A stretch of 64,000 nucleotides of DNA from positions 32,001 through 96,000 of the forward strand of contig CAVXEP010000010.1 of NCBI GenBank assembly GCA_963760795.1, written 5' to 3'. This DNA comes from an uncultured delta proteobacterium (lineage in GTDB: Bacteria > Desulfobacterota > Binatia > UBA9968). Within the stretch, counting starts at the first letter, position 1. Each line of letters begins with the position of its first letter. A model generated the notes under the pieces. It searched no databases and had not been told where the DNA came from. It saw only the letters and a list, made by a program, of their open reading frames with translations. Shown here piece by piece: positions 32,235 to 41,486 of this stretch. The translations under genes were made by a program, and so were the position numbers.

Positions 32235-32353
32235 CGCGAAGCGCGCGATTACAAATTCCAGATTACAAATTCCAGATACCGGAGTTCGCATTCAATCTGT
32301 AATTTGGAATCTGTAATCTGGAATTTTCAACCTAAAACTGTGAAAGGACATTT

Positions 32354-33333
32354 ATGGCTAAAACCAAAATCACCCTCGGCCTCCCCGACCACCCGCGCTG
32401 TCAGGCGATCATCGACGGCAAAGTCGGCATCGAAGGCTACGAGCTCGACGTCGATCCCAACTTCGTCTCGTCCGGCGAGCGCCATTACAAGTATCTCCAC
32501 GACCAATGGGATGTCGGCGAAGTCTCGGCGGCGAGCTTGCTGCGCGCCATCGAGAAGGGGCAAGAGCTGCTGGCGATACCGGTGTTCTTCGAGCGCGGCC
32601 CGCGCCAGCGCAATATTTATCACTGCGAGCAACACCTAAAGCACCCGTCCGAGCTCAAAGGCAAAAAGTTCGGCTGCTTTCGCTACGGCGCCACCGCGGT
32701 GGTCTGGGCGCGCGGTTATTTGCTCGACGCCCATGGCATCAAGACCACCGACATGCAGTGGTTCGTCTCCGGCCGCGAAGTGTTCATCGGCCATGAGCTG
32801 CCGGTCAAAGTCCAGCGCATCGATCCGCCGCCGCCCTTCGGCGGCGAGAAGCTGGTGCTGTCGAAAATGTTAAATGAAGGCGAACTGCACGGCGCAGTTG
32901 TGCCGGGCGACAATGGTTATACCGGCTTCTTCGGCGGCGGCGAAACCCCGCCGATGATGGCCGCCTATGCTGGCGTCAAGCCGCTATTCGATAACAACCA
33001 AGAGATTCTCGATTACGTGAAGAAAACCGGCATCAACCCGATCATGCATGTGTTGTCGATCCGTAAAGAAGTCGTCGCGCGCCATCCCGATTTTCCGGCG
33101 AAACTGACCCGCGCCTTCATGGAAGCCCGCGATGTCGTCGACGCAAGTACATGCCGGCGGAAGAAATCGCCGGCTACCAAAGAGAGCGCGACGTGCTCGG
33201 CGAAGATCCCTACGACTACGTCATGGGCGAGAACGAAAAGCGCACGCTGGCTGCCATGAACCGCTACCAGATCGAGCAGGGCTTGATGAAAACCATGCTG
33301 CCGATGGACGATCTGTTCGTCGGCCATGTCTAA
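32354..33333 (+). CDS. 4,5-dihydroxyphthalate decarboxylase-like PBP-fold protein (frameshift near 33140)
   Basis: IIDGKVGIEG, WDVGEVS, AIPVF, TAVVWARGYL, TGINPIMH and DPYDY...EQGL...DDLF motifs; no signal peptide. Confidence 0.78.
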
Positions 33334-34340
33334 ATCACCAAGCATCATGATGCTGCAAGCGCTATTTGTCTTATTCGTCATATCGGTCCTAACTTCCTCC
33401 GGCAGGCGCCGCCACGCTAGATGAAGCCGCGCGCGCCGAAGGCGAGGTCGTACTCTACAGCTCGCTCAACAACGAGCAGATCGTCACCCTGGTCGACGCT
33501 TTCAAGAAAAAATATCCGGCGATCAAGCCGTCCTTCTACCGCGGCACCAGCGAGCGCGTCCTGCAACGGGCCAACACCGAAGCGAAAGCCGGCCGCTTCG
33601 CCGTCGACGTCATAACTTCCGCGGGGTTTCAGGTGCAGCTCATGAAAGAGTCGGGGTTAACCCAGCGCTTCGTGCCGCCGGAAGCCGCGGCCTATGACGA
33701 CGGGTTCAAAGATCCCGACGGCCATTGGGTCAACGTCCACTCGCTGCTCAACTCCATGGCCTACAACACCCAGCTGGTGAAACCCAATGAAGCGCCAAAG
33801 AAATATGAAGACCTGTTGGCGCCCCGTTGGAAGGGACGCATCGGCGTCAATCTCCAGGACCCGGAGTGGTACGTCAGCCTGCAACGGCGCTGGGGCAAGG
33901 ACAAGGCGCGCAATTTTTTGAAGGCGCTCGCCGCCCAACAACCGGCAGTGCGCGACGGTCACAACATCACAGCGCAACTTCTGGCTGCCGGAGAATATCA
34001 CGTCGTCACCAACACCTACGCCCACATCGCCGCGCGCATCAAAGGCCAAGGCGGCCCGGTGCAATATGTTTTCGACGAGCCGGTAATTACCTATGTCCAT
34101 CCGATGGTCTTGGCCAAGGGCGCGCCCCACCCCAATGCCGGCAAACTGCTGATCGGTTTTATTCTTTCCATCGAAGGCCAACGCATGTTGCGCGATCAGG
34201 GACGAATTCCCGCCCATCGCGACATCGATCCGCAAGTGTTTTCCCTGCGCAACGTGAAACTCCAAGCCAGCGATCCGCGCCAGGCCAAGGAATATGGTCC
34301 AGCCGGCGAAGAGATGCGTGGGATCTTCGGCGCGCGATAG
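33326..34340 (+). CDS. Fe3+/thiamine-type extracellular solute-binding protein (frameshift near 33405)
   Basis: Signal-like leader, then ARAEGEVVLYSS, YNTQLVK, DLLAPRWKG and APHPNAGKL motifs. Confidence 0.82.
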
Positions 34341-34363
34341 AGTCCAACGAATCGAACGATTCG

Positions 34364-34394
34364 AAAATCCCCCCTTTGAAAAAGGGCGGATTTT
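34364..34394. repeat. CCCTTT...AAAGGG palindromic element or terminator-like hairpin
   Basis: AAAATCCCCCCTTT-GAA-AAAGGGCGGATTTT, with a related half-copy near 34425-34440. Confidence 0.5.
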
Positions 34395-34469
34395 TCAATC
34401 GTCTAAGAAGTAAATCCACTCGGTCCTTTTTCAAAGCGGGAAGTGATAATCGCAGGAGGCAATACGAAG

Positions 34470-36356
34470 ATGAGTCTATTTCCAACCCAGCGCACCACTC
34501 CCCTCCCCGGCGGCTATATGGGCAAGATTCTCCGCGTCGATCTGACCACCGGCAAACTAACGGACGAGAATTTGCCCGAAGAGCCGATCTTGAAAAAATT
34601 CATCGGCGGCCAGGCGCTGGCGCTGTATATTTTGATGAACGAATTGCCGCTCGACGCCACGCCCTTCGGCCCGGAAAGCAAAGTGGTCATGATGACCGGC
34701 CCGCTCACCGGCAACGGCTTCACGCCGGGCGGCACGAAGATGACCGCGGTCTATCTGAGTCCGCTCACCAACACGACCCTCGGCCGCGGCGCCACCAGCG
34801 GCTATTGGGCGACCTATCTCAAAGCCGCCGGCTACGATGGCGTGATCGTCGAAGGCGTGTCAGCGAAACCGGTCTATCTCTACGTCAAAGACGGCAAGGC
34901 GGAATTGCGCGACGCGGCGAAAGTCTGGGGTCTCGGCACCCGCGACACCGAAGACCGCCTGCGCGAGATCGTCGGCAACCGCGACGCCAGAGTGCTGTGC
35001 ATCGGCCCCGCCGGAGAAAACCTGAACCGCGGCGCCATGCTCGCCAACGATTACAATCATTTCGCCGCCCATAGCGGCGGCGCCGTGCTCGGCTCGAAAA
35101 AACTCAAAGCGATCGTCGTCAGCGGCACCGTGCGGCCAAGCCATCGCGACAAGGCCAAACTCGCCGACGCCGGCTTGCGCTGGCGCAATGTCCTGCAACA
35201 ACACGACGTCAAGAAGAAGAAAACCAAGTACGGCCACGGCGACGCCTGGGGCGCGCTGAATAATTTGAACTGGCGCAGCACCGACATTCAACCGGCGCAT
35301 ATCGCCGGCTTCGCCGACAATGACGTCGTCCTCCGTCCCTGCTTTCAGTGCGCCCGCATGTGTCCCTGGGACGCCAAGTTGGGCGAGGGCGAATTCAAAG
35401 GCACGGTGGTTCACTTCAACGCCGGCGGCGAGTGGCTCGATACTTTTTTCAATCTCGGCATCAAAGGCAACGCCGTGCTCTATCTCGCCGAGAAGATCAA
35501 CAATCTCGGCATCGAGTGCAGCCACTTTTCCTGCGGCGCCGGAGTAGCGTTCGAAGCGTGGGAGAAAGGCCTGCTCGGTCCGGAGCGCACCAATGGCGTA
35601 AAACTCGAATGGGGCAACGTCGAGGCAGTTAGTAAATTGCTCGACATGGCGGCCCACCGCGAAGGCTGGCTCGGCAACTTGCTCGCCGAAGGGCCGAAGC
35701 AATTGGCCGAAGCGCTCGGCGGCGACGCGCCCAACTGGGCGGTCCACACCAAAGGCGGCACGCCGGCCATGCACGAGTGGCGCCCGCTGCTCGGTCAAAT
35801 GTTGCGCGAACTGGTCGCCAGCGGCGGCATGAAGCCGCAAGGCGGCGGTTCGAAGAATCCGCCGCCGGATCTGCGCGACAATGAACATTGGGGTCCGCTG
35901 GAAATGGATAGCCCGGAAGGCTGGGTCTGGTCCCATGTTCTTTCCGAACAGTACCGGCAATTCACCGGCATCTTCGGCGGCTGTTGGTTCGCCCAGGAGA
36001 GCCACAAAAAAGACGGCTTGAATTCCATCGTCGACGCCTTCAACGCCATCACCGGCTGGAATTTTTCCATGGACGAAGCGTTACAAGCCGGCCACCGCAG
36101 CATGATCCTGCAAAGCCTGTTCGGCACCCAGCGCGGCTGGATCGCCGACTTCGACTGGCAAGACGTCGGCCCGAGATTTTTAGAACCGATCCCCGACGGC
36201 AAATACAAAGGCTTCACCATCGCCAAATGGCTGCCGGAAATGATCTGGGACTACTACAAACAATCCGGCCGGCACGAGCGCACCGGCAGGCCGTTCAAGG
36301 ACACGCTGGAGAAACTGGGATTGGAAGAATTCGCCGAGTGGAGCCAGCTTGATTAA
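34470..36356 (+). CDS. Divergent AOR/WOR-family oxidoreductase, paralog A
   Basis: GYMGKILRVDL, SPLT, LKAAGYDG, IGPAGENL, GAVLGSKKLKAI, CFQCARMC, LLAEG and HTKG motifs. Confidence 0.88.
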   Translation: MSLFPTQRTTPLPGGYMGKILRVDLTTGKLTDENLPEEPILKKFIGGQALALYILMNELPLDATPFGPESKVVMMTGPLTGNGFTPGGTKMTAVYLSPLTNTTLGRGATSGYWATYLKAAGYDGVIVEGVSAKPVYLYVKDGKAELRDAAKVWGLGTRDTEDRLREIVGNRDARVLCIGPAGENLNRGAMLANDYNHFAAHSGGAVLGSKKLKAIVVSGTVRPSHRDKAKLADAGLRWRNVLQQHDVKKKKTKYGHGDAWGALNNLNWRSTDIQPAHIAGFADNDVVLRPCFQCARMCPWDAKLGEGEFKGTVVHFNAGGEWLDTFFNLGIKGNAVLYLAEKINNLGIECSHFSCGAGVAFEAWEKGLLGPERTNGVKLEWGNVEAVSKLLDMAAHREGWLGNLLAEGPKQLAEALGGDAPNWAVHTKGGTPAMHEWRPLLGQMLRELVASGGMKPQGGGSKNPPPDLRDNEHWGPLEMDSPEGWVWSHVLSEQYRQFTGIFGGCWFAQESHKKDGLNSIVDAFNAITGWNFSMDEALQAGHRSMILQSLFGTQRGWIADFDWQDVGPRFLEPIPDGKYKGFTIAKWLPEMIWDYYKQSGRHERTGRPFKDTLEKLGLEEFAEWSQLD

Positions 36357-36430
36357 TGTCTCGCTCGGGGATGATTGAAATCCTCCGCTCCTTCGATGTA
36401 GCTCCGGCCATGCTTCCGGCGAAGCAACCA

Positions 36431-36516
36431 TCCGTCATACCGGCGAAAGCCGGTATCCATCTTCCTTTGGTTTGGCGCCAAAAAACCTGCATTCCGGCAT
36501 CCGCCGGAATGACGGA
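36431..36516. repeat. RPE-like palindromic element (GTCATNCCGGCG...CGCCGGAATGAC)
   Basis: Long inverted repeat with internal hairpins; translates as VIPAKAGI / WIPAFAGMT; lies between convergent genes. Confidence 0.75.
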
Positions 36517-36590
36517 AGGGAAGTTGACTCCCAGTCGACAAATTCACAACCTCTCGGATTAAAGCCGAGGGTCGTTCAGTTATGTGTAAC

Positions 36591-37331
36591 CTAAAATGCC
36601 CTTACGGCAACTCCTCCAACAAGCCGGCTCGCCCCCTTCAATGGGTTCTTGATCTTCAACAGTTTCTGCACATACCAAACCCGCGCGGCGACCGGATGAA
36701 CTACCGGCACGCCAATGTCGTTTTCCGCTGCGACGATGTCTTTCACGCCCCAAGCCCCGGAGCCGAGCAGGTAAATTCCCTGCGCCGTCGGATGTTTGTT
36801 GAATGACGCTTTGAGATGCTGGTAAATCGTCTCGTTAGAAATTCCATCCGCTTCGCTGGGCGAGGTGTCCATGCCTTCCATGCCTAACACTTCGAATCCG
36901 GCGTCGGTGAAGTACCGTGTGAAGACATCGTTCATCTTCTGATCGCGGAAATAAGTGCAGCCGACAAACTTCTTGATCCCTAAAGCGCGCAGCGCTTGGG
37001 CCTGCGACATGCCTGACGTGAAGATCGGCACTTTATATTTGGCCTCCCAAGCACTGACGATCTCCTGCTCCGCCTGATGGCCGCGCACCATGAACGGCGG
37101 CCCGCCCTCGGGATGCATGAGATCGACGCCGATTTCCGCCAACTCCGCTACCTTGGCGTGATAATTTTCCATGGCGCCGAGATAGCCGCGTTCCGAATGT
37201 TCCTTGATGCCGGCGTACATTGGAATGCAGCCGACCCCTTCCGGCAGGAGTCGAATAAATTCCACCAACGATCCCGAGCCATAGGTCGGTTTCACCACAC
37301 CGACAATTCCTCGCCATGTTCCAGAAGCCAT
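36591..37331 (-). CDS. Asp/Glu racemase-fold protein (maleate isomerase/arylmalonate decarboxylase-like)
   Basis: GIVGVVKP, LLPEGV, ALRALGIKK, YFTDAGFEV and DIGVPVVH motifs; probable indel in the last codons. Confidence 0.8.
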   Translation of the reverse strand: MASGTWRGIVGVVKPTYGSGSLVEFIRLLPEGVGCIPMYAGIKEHSERGYLGAMENYHAKVAELAEIGVDLMHPEGGPPFMVRGHQAEQEIVSAWEAKYKVPIFTSGMSQAQALRALGIKKFVGCTYFRDQKMNDVFTRYFTDAGFEVLGMEGMDTSPSEADGISNETIYQHLKASFNKHPTAQGIYLLGSGAWGVKDIVAAENDIGVPVVHPVAARVWYVQKLLKIKNPLKGASRLVGGVAVRAF

Positions 37332-37536
37332 GTGTTATCTCCCTTCTCATTAAAATCGAAGATGAACGGCATGCTAGTCGGGACACACAACAAAAAACAA
37401 GAGCCATCTGCGCACGAGCATCATCCATTCTCCATTCTCGACCATCGATCCTCGACTCCAATGCATAGCCATTCAGTTGACGGCGCCAAAAGGTAAGTGA
37501 TACACACACGCTGAAAGTAAGCGCGAAAGGATCAGC

Positions 37537-38343
37537 ATGGCGAACCAACCGACGGACACTCTCACTCAAGAATACGGCAATCTCGTGCCCACAGGCCGGC
37601 TGCTCGATGGCAAGCCGCGCAGTATCTTATTCGACGCCACCAAATGCATCGGCTGCCGCCACTGCGTGCAAGCGTGCAAAGATTGGAACGACCACGACCG
37701 CACCAGTGCCTACGAACTCTCCAGCACCAACTGGATTACCATGGAACCGCCGGTGCTCGAGGGGTTGTCGCCGATCTGGGCGCGAAATAGCTGCATGCAC
37801 TGCGATTTCGCCGCCTGCGCCGCCGTGTGCCCGGTCGAGGCGATTACCAAATACGAAGAAGGGCCGGTGGTCATCAACAAAGATGTCTGCATCGGCTGTG
37901 AATACTGCATCCACGCCTGTCCCTGGGAAGTGATTACCAAGAACGAGATCACCGGCAAGGCCAGCAAGTGCACCATGTGCAGCGACCGCATCAGCGAGGA
38001 CAAGCAACCTTTCTGCGTCCAGGCCTGCCCAGTGAACGCTCTAGATTTCGGCTTCACCGAGGAGATTGCCGACAAAGCCAAGAAGCAGGCCGAAGCGGTC
38101 GGCGGTTACACCTACGGCGACAAAGAAGCCGGCGGCGGCAGCGTCGTCTATGTCTTGAAGGAAAGTAAAGACAAATACGGCGTGCGCGATATCGCCGCCG
38201 GCAGATTTCCCAAGCATAAGATCCCACTCGGTTTGATGTTAAAGGACCTGTTCACGCCGCGCTGCGGCATCGCCGGCAAAATGCGCGCTCTCTGGCTCGC
38301 GATTATTCACCCGAAGCGGCTGCTCTATCGGTATTTCTCTTAA
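37537..38343 (+). CDS. 4x[4Fe-4S] electron-transfer subunit (FdnH/DmsB-like)
   Basis: CIGCRHCVQAC, CMHC...CAAVCP, CIGCEYCIHACP, CTMC...CVQACP. Confidence 0.9.
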   Translation: MANQPTDTLTQEYGNLVPTGRLLDGKPRSILFDATKCIGCRHCVQACKDWNDHDRTSAYELSSTNWITMEPPVLEGLSPIWARNSCMHCDFAACAAVCPVEAITKYEEGPVVINKDVCIGCEYCIHACPWEVITKNEITGKASKCTMCSDRISEDKQPFCVQACPVNALDFGFTEEIADKAKKQAEAVGGYTYGDKEAGGGSVVYVLKESKDKYGVRDIAAGRFPKHKIPLGLMLKDLFTPRCGIAGKMRALWLAIIHPKRLLYRYFS

Positions 38344-38362
38344 CGTCGATTTCAGCTGCGCA

Positions 38363-39430
38363 ATGACACCTCAAAGCGACCGACTCCTTGGTTCGTCAAT
38401 CCCGCGTAGACGGGAATCAAGACCTAGCTCCGAGGGAATCTTAGGTTGTTCCGTCTCGGCAATTTTCGTCGCGGCAATCACGCTCTCGCCGCCCACCATC
38501 GCCCACGCCGAAAAAATTCGCACCGCAATTCCTCAGGCGAATCTAAACTATCTATCCATTCACGTCGCCGACGCCCGCGGCTTTTTCAAAGACGAAGGCT
38601 TGGAGAACGAAACCGTGGTCATCTCCGGTCCCCTCGCCACCGCCGCATTGCTTAGCGGCGACGTCGATTTTAGCGGCGGTGGCGGCAGCGGCATGCGCGC
38701 CGCACTCAAGGGCGCGCCGGTGAAGGGCATCTATTTTCAGACCGAGAAGGTCACCTTCTACCTGGTCGCGGACCCGAGCATCAGAACCGCTGCCGATTTG
38801 AAGGGCAAAAGAATCGCCGTCGGCAGCCCCGGCGACACCCAGGATCGCATGATGACCATGTTCGCCGAGCGCGGCGGCGTGGCGTCGCGCGAGATGATTC
38901 GCATCTCCATGGGCTCGGATACCAATACTCGGATCACCGCGATCAAAACCGGCGCGGCGCACGCCGCCATCGTCGATCCCGGCGGCCTGGTCTTCGCGCA
39001 AAAAGAAGGCCTCGTGTCGTTGGGTTTCCTCGGCGACTTGTTTCCCATGCCCTTCCAGGGCTTCGTCACCACTGATCGCAAGTTGCGCGACAATCCAGCG
39101 CAAGTGAAACGCTGGCTGCGCGCCGCCATACGGGCCTTGATGTTCGTGCGCGACCGGCCTGAAGAGGCCGTCGATTTGGGCATGAAGAAGCTGCAACTGG
39201 GCCGAGCCTCGAAAGCGATGATCGTCGAAGGCACGAAGAACTACGTGCGCGCCCTGCCGCAAGGCGTGCCAGGTATGCCATCGGCCGAAGGGATCAAAAA
39301 CTTTCTCGAATACGATATTAAGATCCCCCTCGGCTTCAAAGAAGATATTGCGCCGGAACGGCTGCTGCACTTACAGCTGGTCAACGAAGTCAAAGAGGAT
39401 CTGGAAACGGCACAAAGGAGAAACAAGTAG
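38363..39430 (+). CDS. NMT1/SsuA-like substrate-binding protein
   Basis: GFFKDEGLE, ALLSGDVDF and DLKGKRIAV motifs; start uncertain. Confidence 0.85.
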   Translation: MTPQSDRLLGSSIPRRRESRPSSEGILGCSVSAIFVAAITLSPPTIAHAEKIRTAIPQANLNYLSIHVADARGFFKDEGLENETVVISGPLATAALLSGDVDFSGGGGSGMRAALKGAPVKGIYFQTEKVTFYLVADPSIRTAADLKGKRIAVGSPGDTQDRMMTMFAERGGVASREMIRISMGSDTNTRITAIKTGAAHAAIVDPGGLVFAQKEGLVSLGFLGDLFPMPFQGFVTTDRKLRDNPAQVKRWLRAAIRALMFVRDRPEEAVDLGMKKLQLGRASKAMIVEGTKNYVRALPQGVPGMPSAEGIKNFLEYDIKIPLGFKEDIAPERLLHLQLVNEVKEDLETAQRRNK

Positions 39431-40159
39431 ATGGCATCGGAACAGCAACTACGCGAGCAGCTCGCGACTTGTACGAGAATATTCGCCATGCAGGGGCTCA
39501 TCGGCCTGTTCGGCCATGTTAGCGTGTTTCAGCCGGAGACTAAGACTATCTTCGTCACTCCCGGTTCGGGCTCGGACAAGGCGAACTTCACGGCATCGGA
39601 CATGATCCCCATCGATCTGAGCGGCAAGCCGACTACCGGGACGATTCCGCCGCCAGTGGAGTGGCCGATTCACACGGCACTCCATGGGGCGCGCGCGGAT
39701 GCGCTCGCCGTCGCTCATCTGCACACGCCCTACGCGACACTGTTCGCCATCGCCAAGCGCGAGTTTCACCCGGTGACGCTGCAAGGCACGGTCTTCGGCG
39801 AAGGCGTGCCGCTCTACAAGGAAGCCCATCTGGTCACCACGCCGCAGCGCGGCGACGCCATGCTGAAAACCATCGGTAACCACCGCGCCCTGCTCATGCG
39901 CGGCCACGGCATCGTCGTCGCCGGCAAGAGTTTGGCGGAAGTCATGTTTGCGTCGTTGATCCTGGAAGACGACGCCAAGAAAACCATGCAAGCCGCAGCG
40001 CTCGGTTCGGTGCAACATTTCACTGCCGATGAGTGCAAAACTTTCAACGCCGAGATCGACTTCGAGCGCCGCGCCAACCGGGCTTGGGAATTCTTTTCGC
40101 GCATCGAATCGCAGTGGGATCATCAAGGCGGCACCGGGAAAATTGAATTGTTCCCGTGA
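39431..40159 (+). CDS. Class II aldolase/adducin-family protein
   Basis: FGHVS, VEWPIH, HLH and MRGHG motifs. Confidence 0.9.
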   Translation: MASEQQLREQLATCTRIFAMQGLIGLFGHVSVFQPETKTIFVTPGSGSDKANFTASDMIPIDLSGKPTTGTIPPPVEWPIHTALHGARADALAVAHLHTPYATLFAIAKREFHPVTLQGTVFGEGVPLYKEAHLVTTPQRGDAMLKTIGNHRALLMRGHGIVVAGKSLAEVMFASLILEDDAKKTMQAAALGSVQHFTADECKTFNAEIDFERRANRAWEFFSRIESQWDHQGGTGKIELFP

Positions 40160-40169
40160 GAATGGCAAC

Positions 40170-40259
40170 GTTCCAATTGGTTCCACGTGTTCCAGTCGTT
40201 CCAATCGTAATCGGATTCCGAACCCTTGGAACTATTGGAACGGTTGGAACCACTGGAAC
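40170..40259. repeat. Inverted array of 9-mer repeats, (GTTCCANNN)x4...(NNYTGGAAC)x4
   Basis: Read directly; forms a long imperfect hairpin. Confidence 0.85.
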
Positions 40260-40272
40260 CTAGGAGGAAGAT

Positions 40273-41329
40273 ATGAGCGAAGGCGTACGACTATACGCAG
40301 GCACCCAACATGGCTTAATCACCTGGAAGTCGACCAATTCAGGCTGGCAGGAAGTGGCGCGTCATTTCGAAGATGGCATCATCGACTCGATCCACGGCTG
40401 CAAGCAGTCGCCGGAGACCGTCTTCGTCGGGGTCACTCATGACGGGCTCTATCGCACGACCAATGGCGGCAAGAGCTGGGTGAAAGTATTCGAAGGCGAT
40501 ATCCGCTCGGTCACCGTCGATGCCAGCGACGACAAAGTCGTCTACACCGGCATCGAGCCGGTGGGGCTGTTTCGCAGCGAAGACGGCGGCGATAGTTGGC
40601 AAGAAATCACCGCGTTGAAAAAGCTGCCGCAGTCGGTGCGCAAGAACTGGTGGTATCCGCAAGCGCCGCACCATGGCCATGTGCGCAACATTCATATTCA
40701 CCCCGACGATCCGCAAACGATTTATTTATGCCTCGAACATGGCGGCATCGTCCGCAGCTTCGATCGCGGCGCCACCTGGGAAGATGTCAGCAAAGGCATC
40801 GACTATCTCGACATTCATGTGATCGCCAACTTTCCCAAACGTAACGACCGCTACTACGTCGCCAGCGCGCGGGGGTTCTTCACCAGCGAAAAGCCGGAAG
40901 CCGGTTGGACTCGCGCTGAAAACGGCATGACCCGCGACTATTTCCACGACTTTCTATTTCTTAATCCGCAGGGCAACGATGAGCCAGCGACCATGCTCAT
41001 CGGCGCCGCCGACGCCTCACCGGGCTTCTGGCGCCGAGAAAATCGCGGTGCAAGAGCGGCGATCTTCAAAAGCACCGATGGCGCGGAATCTTGGACCCGC
41101 GTTACCAACGGCCTCGCCGAAGAACTCGACTCCATGGTCTGGGCATTGGTGCATCACCCGACCGATCATAAGTCGGTTTTCGCCGGTTTCGGCAATGTCG
41201 CCCGCGGCCACGCGTCAGGTGCCGGGCGGCGCCGGCGATCTGATGATCAGCCGCGACCAGGGCGACAGCTGGGAGCGATTGGATATCGAACTGCCGGCGG
41301 ATCGAGTACTGTGGGCGGCGGCGGAATAG
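40273..41329 (+). CDS. BNR/Asp-box beta-propeller protein (YCF48/sialidase-like; frameshift near 41225)
   Basis: Asp boxes TTNGGKSW, SEDGGDSW, SFDRGATW, STDGAESW and SRDQGDSW; no signal peptide. Confidence 0.85.
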
Positions 41330-41347
41330 CGAACGCTGCGCGTTCGC

Positions 41348-41461
41348 GTTCCATGCGTTCCAGGGTTCCAAAAGTTCCAGTCGTTTCAGGGATTGGGAAC
41401 AACGAAACGTCAATGAATCCTGACCAATTGGAACATCTGGAACCGCTGGAACTACTGGAAC
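41348..41461. repeat. Second inverted 9-mer GTTCCA/TGGAAC array
   Basis: GTTCCA x4 plus GTTTCA on the left arm and TGGAAC x4 on the right arm. Confidence 0.85.
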
Positions 41462-41486
41462 AGATCTAACGTATCGAGGCACAAGG

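Noticed and set aside
3200-33420. Programmed ribosomal frameshifting in the split genes
   Set aside because: No shared slippery site or stimulatory structure, and too many unrelated genes are affected.
33827-36005. Long overlapping ORFs (415 aa on +, 381 aa on -; likewise 12316-13365)
   Set aside because: Shadow frames of GC-rich real genes with no recognisable motifs.
40170-41461. CRISPR array
   Set aside because: Units are 9 nt, inverted, lack unique 30-40 nt spacers, and no cas genes are present.
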